From: Piedraia hortae CBS 480.64
Lineage: Eukaryota
Assembly (NCBI GenBank): GCA_010093745.1
Contig: MU005970.1
Coordinates: 205,549 to 269,548 of the forward strand
Direction of reading: 5' to 3'
DNA length: 64,000 nucleotides
The translations under genes were made by a program, and so were the position numbers. The notes under the pieces were generated by a model. The model was given only the letters and a program-made list of their open reading frames with translations. It did no database searches and was not told the DNA's origin. Of the stretch, positions 55,788 through 64,000 are shown in pieces (the stretch's first letter is position 1; every line of letters begins with the position of its first letter).

Positions 55788-56769
55788 ATGGCCCACCACC
55801 AGCTCGAAATCGCCTTCGCTTCGCTAGATGATCAACAGAACTTTCTGCTGATCGAACTTCCCACCGAGCTATCGTCCCGGGTTGCAGCCGGGGAATCGTA
55901 CGTAGCCTGTTGTTGATTCCTGTTTTCCTAACACTCTTTTCCGCAGTCTTCACTTCAAAGCCCCTGCAGACGACATCCCGTCAGTCCTTTGCACAGATGA
56001 CAGCACCTACACAGTCCGCCAGGTGAACACATCGAACTCCGTATTTGTCGTGCATGACGATGGCAGCTCAGTCCTCCGCGCCATCTCGCAAAGCTTTTCC
56101 ACCCTGGACCTTACCCCTCAGCACACTGACATCACCCAAATCAAATCCCTCATCACCCGCAGCGTCCCTGTCTATCCCTCTCAAGCTCACAGGGAGAGCA
56201 CGAGCAAATCACATCTATTTTCCAACCTGCCCTATAGCCTAAGCGAATGTGGGGCGGCTTATAGGGAGCTCTGCTGCTTCGAAAATGAGGGGGGAGTCTA
56301 TTGCCCAACACCTGAGGTCAAGGTGAAAGTGTGGAAAACCATCCTGCAGAATGCTACTGCAGAGGGGAACGATGTAGCTAGCACCGTGCCAGCCCTGCTC
56401 ACGCAGGTCGAAGGTGAATGGCCCAAGGGCCTGCTTGACGCTGTTATTGCGCTTCTCACCTCCGAGAACGAGCAAACGCTAAACTTGGAGAGCACGGTGT
56501 TGTTTACTGGGACAAACCTGCTTTCCAGTAAGACGGTGTGGAAAACGGATGGGTTTCTAGACGAGTGGAGAGACGTGCTTCCCGAACAGTGGAGGGGCAA
56601 GGCTGGTGTTAATTTGCTCAAAGACAAAGTGAAGTTTGTGATGGTCAATAACGGCGGGGAGATTGCGTCAGTCGACGATGTTGGTGGGGAAAACACGCCG
56701 GCGGCAAAGGAAACATCGGTGGGGAAGAAGAGGGGTTGGCATGACAGATTCAAGAAGCAAAAAGGGTAG
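55788..56769 (+). CDS. DCC1: Sister chromatid cohesion protein Dcc1 (2 exons)
   Basis: LLIELPTEL, intron 55898-55946, VLCTDDSTYTVRQVNTSNSV, WRDVLP, WHDRFK. Confidence 0.88.
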
Positions 56770-56830
56770 GAAATCCCTACTCGATTAGATATAAAAGTCA
56801 CTGCCAAACACCTGCTTTAATGCATCTCTT

Positions 56831-58573
56831 TTACCGACCCATGGTCAAATCTTCCGTGCTTCCCTCAATCGTTCTCCTCCAGTACTGCGGAAGACAGACG
56901 CACACCAGCGGGAAAGCCTTGACCGCTTCCCCGCCCTCATCCTCTTGTGACGGAGTAGTTCCGCTATCTCTGAATGAAGCATTTCTGCCTCTAGTTTCCC
57001 AGGCCTCGCTCCAGTCTTCGGCTCGCAGAGGGGTGCGTACACCCGTAGCCCAGCCATCGTCCCAGATGCCGATGATGCGGATAACGTCACCCCTTTCCAG
57101 GGCAAATTCATCTGATGCTTTGGGCTCGTAAGTCCACAATGTAGACACCAGGTAGCCTGGTCGGATAGGTTCGTGGGAATAGTAGTCTGAAAACGAGTTG
57201 AGCCGTTCGCTGTTAGGATTGGACTCGGGTGTGTTGTCCGATGGACCTTCTGGAGATGATGTGTTAGGGTCCAAATTAAGCATTGAACGGCTAGAAAGGG
57301 AGCCACTACGCTGCGGGAAGAGCGCTGGTTCCTTGCTGGCGCTGCGGTAGGGCGAATGCTCATCATCAGAACCCTTTTGCACCGTCTCGTACTCGCTCAG
57401 AGGAGAATATCTTCCAGAGGGGGGTTCCGAACGGGGGGTTTGCAGCGCCGCCATACGTGCCACACGTGTGCCAGGGCGAACGGGTATGCCTGCGGCGCGT
57501 TCGTAATCGTTGGCATACACCATTGCATTATGGCTTCGCGCCGTTTGCGGTTGGGTGAAGATGTTGGACGAGGACTCCTCCCGGCGCTTGCGGCGATGGC
57601 GAAGGCATAAGAGACAACTGAGGAGCAGGAGAAAAAACCCCAGAATGGAACCAACGACAATACCAGCAATTGCGCCGCCAGAAAGCTTGTGCCCGTTGCT
57701 CTTGGACGAGGAAGAGCCAGAAGTCGGTTTTTGCGTGGCAGTCGTGGTCAAGGTAACGGGGGCAAGAGAGGTCGAGGCCATTACAGGAAGAGCAACTCCT
57801 TTGCAGCGAGATGTCGCATTGGAAAACACACAACAAGAATCAGTTGCGTTCGGCGAGCTTTCTGAACAATAGTGACATAGACTGCCAATGTTCGACGAAA
57901 AGCCACAGTCATTTGGCTCATTCGTGGCCGCTTCGATGCAAGAGCCCGATAACGAGTTTGCAGGAAGAGCGCAGTTGGTAAAGTCTGCCCGTATCTGTGT
58001 CAGGGCATTGTCATTTGCTTGTCCGCAGACGTTGCTGCTGGAAATCTCCTCTTCGCTTTGTGCATACGACGCACAACTATCTGCACATAGAGGCTTCACC
58101 GCTTGACCAGAGAGCTTGCAGTCACTGATGGAATTTTGCACCAGTGCATTGCACAAGACGCTAGTCGTGTACCGCGCGTAATAGGCTGTGGTGTTGTCTG
58201 CAGAAAATTCTGAACAACCAATGAGTGTTTGGTATCTATTCTTCCATCAGCGCTGCTCCAGTCGGCCGTCAGATGCCACAAACCTCGTGCGCGCAAACCC
58301 TTGCGAAACGAATCCCTTCAACCCAGAATCGAACGAGCGTGTATCCGTGACCGATGACAGGAAGGGGAAGAGGTCAACCAGTTTGCTGCTGGTAGAAACG
58401 GATGCGCTGTTAAACGCGCAGCAGGTGCTGGAATGCGACAGCGGAATGCAGTTTTGTGCTCCGGCGCATGGCAGATGTGCGGCCAAGAGCGCGGCGCATG
58501 CCAGAATCGTCAGCGATCGATGTCTTTGTGTGACGGTTGTCGCTCCACCTCTGTCTTCTCCGCAGCGCAACAT
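56831..58573 (-). CDS. Type I membrane protein: Cys-rich ectodomain, S/T stalk, TM helix, cytosolic SH3
   Basis: LSGGAIAGIVVGS TM; SH3 WTYEPKASDEFALERGD..DDGWATG..FPLVCV; one intron near 58236-58284. Confidence 0.82.
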
Positions 58574-58760
58574 GGCGCAACTTTTCCTTCACAGTTAGAG
58601 TGTCATGTCACGGAAAGGAGCGCAAACAGTCGCGAACGGCGTCTCTGATCACCCCCCGGTCCTTCCCTCGCCACCTAATTGGCTGCACGAGCCCATCGAT
58701 TGTGGGCTGTTGCATAACGGTCCGTCCCGTTGCGTTGAGCACAATTTGCAAAGATTACCC

Positions 58761-60398
58761 TCATCCACTACATCTTACAGCTCCACTTGCCAGGTCAGGC
58801 ACGTTGGGCCATCTGCTTTGGTGGTCCACTTTATTGTGGAAATCATAGCCAACCTCATCCGTTTCCCGGTCATCATTATCGAGACGACCCGGCTGGTGCG
58901 ATGCATCCGACAAGATCTCCAAAAGATCTTCAGGGCCACCCACATCGTCCCACAGCTTCCCCGCTTTTAGTTTGTGCATTTCGTGCCAGACTTGGCTGAA
59001 CCAGCCCCCCTTGCCGGCTTTGACACACAAGCGCAACATGGCCGCATGTGCGTCGACTCCAATCACATGCCCGCCCTGGGCCTTTAGAGCTTGCATCTGC
59101 TGCCAAACAGCGAGCCCCGACGACCAATCACCTCTGCGCGCACAGTCTTTAAGCAGTGGTATCATGCCTAATGCCGACAATCCCCAGCCCTCGCGGCCCA
59201 TTTCCTCGCACAAGCTCAATGCGCTTTCAAAGCCACTGAATTTCAACACGCCCTTGATGATGGCATGAAAAACATTTGGCGTGGGGTAAGGCAATTGCAG
59301 AACCTTACCATTGCGTTTGACTTTAAGTCGTCCCTGTGAAGCTTCCGTGACCTTGACATCAGACCGTGCCAGCATCAGTCCACTTCCGCTGCCACGGATC
59401 CGGCCGAGCCAATGTGTGAAAGCTCTCGCATTGCCCGTCTTGGTGAAATGGTTCAGGACGGCTATATTCGTGACTTCATTTGGACGGCAATGTGACATTC
59501 TCAGACACTTGATGACGCTTTCCACCAGTACAGGATTACCGGCATGGTGCAGCCCGATCAACAGGGTGTTCCATGTGTGGACATCCATTGGCGTGGGCGA
59601 AACGTGCATGTTGTAAGCAATTTGCGAGAGCAAGGCCGAGCTGGGAACCTTTGACACTTCAAACTGCTGGAAGAGAGACTGTAGGCTCCGGTTGAGGTCC
59701 TTTGCATCCTGGTGATACTCAAAGCAGCCATCCCGTCTGTAGTCTGAAAGAGCTACATCCCCACCAGTCCTTCTCCAATCCGATAATGTCGCATCAAAGT
59801 CCATTATTCTTCTCGCATCATACTTTTTGGTCTTGATTCTCTTCTTTAGTTCTTCCTCCGAACGCATCATGGTAGCCTTGTAATCGCTGGGAATGGTCTT
59901 AGGCAGGACCACCCCCTCCCACGATCCTCCGTTCCCAAGCAGGATGGCGAGAAACAGCTTTAGCTGCAGCACATCTGCCCAAAGCATGTTGACCTCCGTT
60001 TTTTTTCTTGACCAAGCTTTGCCCTCAGCTTTTCTCCTTGTCATAGGGCTTGCGTATATTGATTGCGGTGGGAGATTGTCCAAGTTCAACGGCAAGCCCG
60101 TGTTCGCCAGCCAGGAGATTTCAATCGCGTCTCCGTCCGACTTCAAGTCATCTGTGAAATCCTCCTTCAACTCTTTCTTGAGTTGTTCAATAGCCCTGTC
60201 CCACTGATCCTCTCGTTGCTTCTTAGCTACTACATCGCAAGTTGCGGCGACGGCAAAGATGCTGGAATACCATAGTCGTGAAGCGGAGATCGCTCTAGGC
60301 CATCTCACGCTGCGAGAAGGAGTGCGGAAGCATTGTGGACATTGACAGCGATAGAGCCCACTGCTTCTTTGGGTGACAAGCGCCCACAGCGACTGCAT
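58761..60398 (-). CDS. Pentatricopeptide-repeat-like, probably mitochondrial protein
   Basis: MDVHTWNTLLIGL, RPNEVT..VLNHF, PNVFHAIIKG; basic N-terminus. Confidence 0.72.
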   Translation of the reverse strand: MQSLWALVTQRSSGLYRCQCPQCFRTPSRSVRWPRAISASRLWYSSIFAVAATCDVVAKKQREDQWDRAIEQLKKELKEDFTDDLKSDGDAIEISWLANTGLPLNLDNLPPQSIYASPMTRRKAEGKAWSRKKTEVNMLWADVLQLKLFLAILLGNGGSWEGVVLPKTIPSDYKATMMRSEEELKKRIKTKKYDARRIMDFDATLSDWRRTGGDVALSDYRRDGCFEYHQDAKDLNRSLQSLFQQFEVSKVPSSALLSQIAYNMHVSPTPMDVHTWNTLLIGLHHAGNPVLVESVIKCLRMSHCRPNEVTNIAVLNHFTKTGNARAFTHWLGRIRGSGSGLMLARSDVKVTEASQGRLKVKRNGKVLQLPYPTPNVFHAIIKGVLKFSGFESALSLCEEMGREGWGLSALGMIPLLKDCARRGDWSSGLAVWQQMQALKAQGGHVIGVDAHAAMLRLCVKAGKGGWFSQVWHEMHKLKAGKLWDDVGGPEDLLEILSDASHQPGRLDNDDRETDEVGYDFHNKVDHQSRWPNVPDLASGAVRCSG

Positions 60399-60547
60399 GG
60401 CTCCAAGGCCGGGCGCGGCGGCGGAGGTGGAGGTCGAACCCCTAACCCTAGAGTGGGGATCGCGCAGACGCGGATCACAAGTTATCACATCACAATGATT
60501 TCACGTTTTCCTGGGCCACATTTATCGATTCCGGCTATGAAACCTGT

Positions 60548-63391
60548 TTAAACCGGTGTACTACATCGCTGAGGTGACATGCTGTACGGTGCGAGGACCT
60601 TCTTCGCATTGACGATCCGCCAGGCAAGGTGTCTCACGCATCCGTCGGCACGCACGACGTCAGGTGCAAATTCGATGCCGAACATTTGCTTTACGGCGTA
60701 GACGACGCGACGTGCATATTTCCCCTCTCGCTCTAGTGTTGGTCCGAAAGTCTCCTCGACTGTTTGCGGTGCCACTACGGGATCACGATCGAAGCAGTTT
60801 TGTACCATTGGCAACAAGACTGCCTCGACTGCCCTTACCGAAGTGGCATCCCCATCTTCGTCGAATTTGTCAATGTGTAGGCTAAATGGCTGTGAGACGT
60901 CCATCACATTGTGCATTCCGTCATGATGGTAGCGAAACTCGAAGACGCCCTCTGTCCACCAGAGTTTATCGCCGCGAAATTCCACTTCGCCGCAGAGGAG
61001 TTCTTTGCTTGGGTAGGGCTGATCTTCAGCTACAACGCCATTGTCTGCTCCCCGCTGATGATACATTCCTTTATTGGTAGGGTTCCACCTGCCTTGGGAG
61101 GATACCCGTGTGACTTCTCGTGTAGCATTGTCACCAACTCGATAGAGCCCAATCCAGTCGTTCTTGCTGTGATTGCGCGGTGCTGTCCACTTGACTTTTA
61201 TTGGGCTTCCATATAGAAGCGTTAAGCGCATAGGACCATCTTGTGCACTCATTCCCTCGCGTCCGCTCGGCTTCGTGCTCTTGTAGCTCATCCCGGGTTG
61301 GGTTTGGTCTATTTCCAAGGAGTAATCCTTTGGGTCGCATCCACCAAGATCTGGAGCAAGTCGAGTGATGCTGATACGAGCAGGAAGTCTTTCCACCAAA
61401 GAAGTTGAGTTGGTCACAAAATTGCCCAACGCCGCAACAACCTTTGATAATTTTGTTTCAATCACGGCCTCGACGAAATCAAGACACTCGTCAAGCATCC
61501 GATCTCCGCTCTCTGTCCACTTCTGAATGGGAGATGGCAACGAACGTTGAATGCTTCTGGACACACCCGAAACCTCACGCAATCCCTGACGATACAGCTT
61601 TTGCATATGAGGCCTTTCCACGAACTGCACGAAGCAGAACGTGAGCGAATGGCTTAGCAACGCCAACGCAAAGATGGTCTTGCTCCAAGTGATCATGGCT
61701 GCGCCCCATACTCCAGCTAACCCGATGGTACGCTCAGGATTATTCAAGTATCTGTAAATCCCATCGTAGTTTAGTCTCGGAGCACCTTCGAAGAAGAAGT
61801 CACCGAAATACCAGCCAAATTCTCCCAAACTGTCATGAATTGACAAAACCGTCAACAGCTGGAGTAATATAAAAGCCACCCCGAGCACGTGTCTTAGTAC
61901 CGCCATGCCAATTGTCCAGTCCCCTGGCAGCCCGTACATCTTCCACGTAGCGCAGGCAAAGCCTGTGTAGCACATGACTAGGCTGAAGCGGTAGGTATCT
62001 TTCCACTGACGCCATGCTTCTTCGATGCTCTCGCCGTGCTTCACAAACTGTCGCGTCCACCACTTGTTACTTGATTGACGATTCAGAATGAAGCCAAGAC
62101 CAAATGAGTACCACAGACGCCAAATGACGGCGTTCAAGACGAAGACAGCCTGCCAAGTCCTGTTCGATGGGGAGAGTATGGCTGCAATATAAAGGTAGAC
62201 CTGCAAAACCACCAAGGAGACATTTGTGGTACGATACAGGCCACCTTGTCGCCCCAAGCGCTGGTTGAAGACAATCCTCGTGTCCTCACCAGAATAGAGT
62301 GTCCCAGGACGGGTATTCTCCCCCGCTTGCTTCTGTTCGGTCTCATTACTTGGCGTATTGTACGTGCGCTCGATGTGCGGATTCTCAACCACGGCCAAGA
62401 AAAGCAACTGGGCGGTGTGGGCGATGATTGAAACAAACAGCACCTTGTAGCTAGCGGTTAGCATGGAAATGCCATAGTAGCCAGCATATCCCACGGAATA
62501 CATGGGGTGAGGCGCCAACTCAAATACCCCATCAAAGGTAAGTTCCTGGTCGATGAGGAAGAAAAAGTCTCCCCAGTACCAGGCAAAATCCTTCACCACC
62601 CGATGTGCATCCAGCTTCACCCAGAGGTTGAAAAGGATCAGAAGCACACCGCCGGTCCATCGCAGGAGGGTCACGGGTGTGCTTTCACCGGCTGGTTGGT
62701 GTACACATGCCAATGCAAATAGGCAGTAGGATGTGAAATCGCTCATCAGAACAAGGTCGACCACACGACGAAAAAGGAGCCAGGTGTTGAATTCCACTGG
62801 CGCCTTGTCAAAGCTGTAACCTTTTGGGATTTTGGATTCCAGGTCTCGCTTCAGGAAGTTGTACACATATGGGCGCGGATGCTCCTTTGGTTGGGGCCGG
62901 TCCAAAATTTTATATTTCTTGGCCCAATTGATTAGACGGTTGTGCTGAGATTGATTGTAGAGCAGCCAGCCGATCCCCAGATTGTAGCAAGTCCTCCAGA
63001 AGAGAAAGATTACCGCAAAAACCGGTGCTCTCGTCCCAGGCGGTAACAGAAAATAGAAGCAGCAAAGGCCCACTAGTATTCCGACAATGAAAGCGTCCGA
63101 AATGTTTTTGGGTTGCCATGGATTGAAGAGTTGGGAAACCATATCCTCCGTGTGAGGAACTGTGAATATGGTGCCATCTGGAGTGCGGCCAAACGTGTGT
63201 CCGCCTTCACTATCCTGCCCATTTTCATCGTTGAGTTTTTTTACGGTAGCTTGGGCGTTTTGAGCCTTTGCTGGTTCTCGAGTCAGCAGCCGCTCTCGAA
63301 GTTCTGCTGTATCTGTGTGGGGTTTCCCTTTTGGGTCCGCCACATCCATGTTGTTATGGCTGGAACTTGAGCTTTTTGCTACATTAGACAT
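60548..63391 (-). CDS. CHO2: Phosphatidylethanolamine N-methyltransferase
   Basis: KLDAHRVVKDFAWYWGDFFF, APHPMYSVGY, GEFGWYFGDFF, YRYLNNPE, FEFRYHHDG. Confidence 0.95.
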   Translation of the reverse strand: MSNVAKSSSSSHNNMDVADPKGKPHTDTAELRERLLTREPAKAQNAQATVKKLNDENGQDSEGGHTFGRTPDGTIFTVPHTEDMVSQLFNPWQPKNISDAFIVGILVGLCCFYFLLPPGTRAPVFAVIFLFWRTCYNLGIGWLLYNQSQHNRLINWAKKYKILDRPQPKEHPRPYVYNFLKRDLESKIPKGYSFDKAPVEFNTWLLFRRVVDLVLMSDFTSYCLFALACVHQPAGESTPVTLLRWTGGVLLILFNLWVKLDAHRVVKDFAWYWGDFFFLIDQELTFDGVFELAPHPMYSVGYAGYYGISMLTASYKVLFVSIIAHTAQLLFLAVVENPHIERTYNTPSNETEQKQAGENTRPGTLYSGEDTRIVFNQRLGRQGGLYRTTNVSLVVLQVYLYIAAILSPSNRTWQAVFVLNAVIWRLWYSFGLGFILNRQSSNKWWTRQFVKHGESIEEAWRQWKDTYRFSLVMCYTGFACATWKMYGLPGDWTIGMAVLRHVLGVAFILLQLLTVLSIHDSLGEFGWYFGDFFFEGAPRLNYDGIYRYLNNPERTIGLAGVWGAAMITWSKTIFALALLSHSLTFCFVQFVERPHMQKLYRQGLREVSGVSRSIQRSLPSPIQKWTESGDRMLDECLDFVEAVIETKLSKVVAALGNFVTNSTSLVERLPARISITRLAPDLGGCDPKDYSLEIDQTQPGMSYKSTKPSGREGMSAQDGPMRLTLLYGSPIKVKWTAPRNHSKNDWIGLYRVGDNATREVTRVSSQGRWNPTNKGMYHQRGADNGVVAEDQPYPSKELLCGEVEFRGDKLWWTEGVFEFRYHHDGMHNVMDVSQPFSLHIDKFDEDGDATSVRAVEAVLLPMVQNCFDRDPVVAPQTVEETFGPTLEREGKYARRVVYAVKQMFGIEFAPDVVRADGCVRHLAWRIVNAKKVLAPYSMSPQRCSTPV

Positions 63392-64000
63392 TGCGTGTTG
63401 TCATTATTTGGTGGACACCAAAGAGATTCTGTATAAACGTGGGCGAAAAGCTCATACGGCTGGCAATGTAAGTGCACGTGACACGTCTTCATTCGCTGGC
63501 GTGTCGGGTAAAGGCGGAAACATGTGTTTGCGCACTGCATTTTGGTCTCGTTGAGAGCGGGGTTACTCTACAGTAGGTGCATATCATCTAGTTTTTGATA
63601 TGAATCCGGCTGGCTCAACCGCCAGTCACGTCCAACGCCTCGAGAGATGTTGAGATTGAAGGTAAACATGTGTCCGCAGCTGCTGGTTCAGTTGTGGGGC
63701 CGTTCTCTGCTTTGTTAGTTATTGTCTTTCTTCTGGTACTTTAGCGATGGCAACTCTTTCGATTGATTCGCACACGTTTGCGAAGGACGTGATATCATCG
63801 AGCGATGAAACAAGTATGGTGACGAAACAATGCATGATCGCTGATTGATCTTCATCAAAGCTTTGATGTAGAACAACCGATGGGACATATCTTACCTGAA
63901 GGTCGTCGGCTCTGCCTATTTGAGTGCAGCTCCATCGTTAGACTACTGCTTAATAGATACCCCCTTGAAAACTAATAGGCATTGAAACTTTACTGTGCCT

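Noticed and set aside
1..56769. SCC2 and DCC1 as a cohesion gene cluster
   Set aside because: 53 kb apart with unrelated genes between; chance linkage is sufficient

Overview
Eukaryotic DNA from a very gene-dense ascomycete fungus (Pezizomycotina, Dothideomycete-like by protein style; species not determinable). It has short 45-60 nt GT-AG introns with CTRAY branch sites. About 24 conserved genes are packed with gaps often under 200 bp: SCC2, RKI1, ULA1, D-amino acid oxidase, TVP15, SreA, ProRS, ASI3-like, an F-box/UIM protein, PP2Ac, RNase H2C, DUF3112, a GPAT/DHAPAT, a tautomerase-fold protein, VAMP7, a YVC1-like TRP channel, ALG3, eIF1AD, TCP1, GCN3, BUD3, DCC1, an SH3 membrane protein, a PPR protein and CHO2. 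Three accessory islands (about 7-17.8 kb, 20.5-23.4 kb and 37.8-40.1 kb) hold Ty1/copia remnants, solo LTRs and genes disabled by stops consistent with C:G>T:A changes. The best leads are a spliced, highly diverged two-pore K+ channel-like gene cut by a copia LTR, a 106-bp coding overlap between ALG3 and eIF1AD, a 49-aa three-exon microprotein, a tautomerase homolog lacking Pro1, a tandem 100-bp hairpin repeat, and operon-like spacing of ULA1-DAO. I cannot support a complete novel multi-gene system. Family calls come from motif recognition, not database searches.
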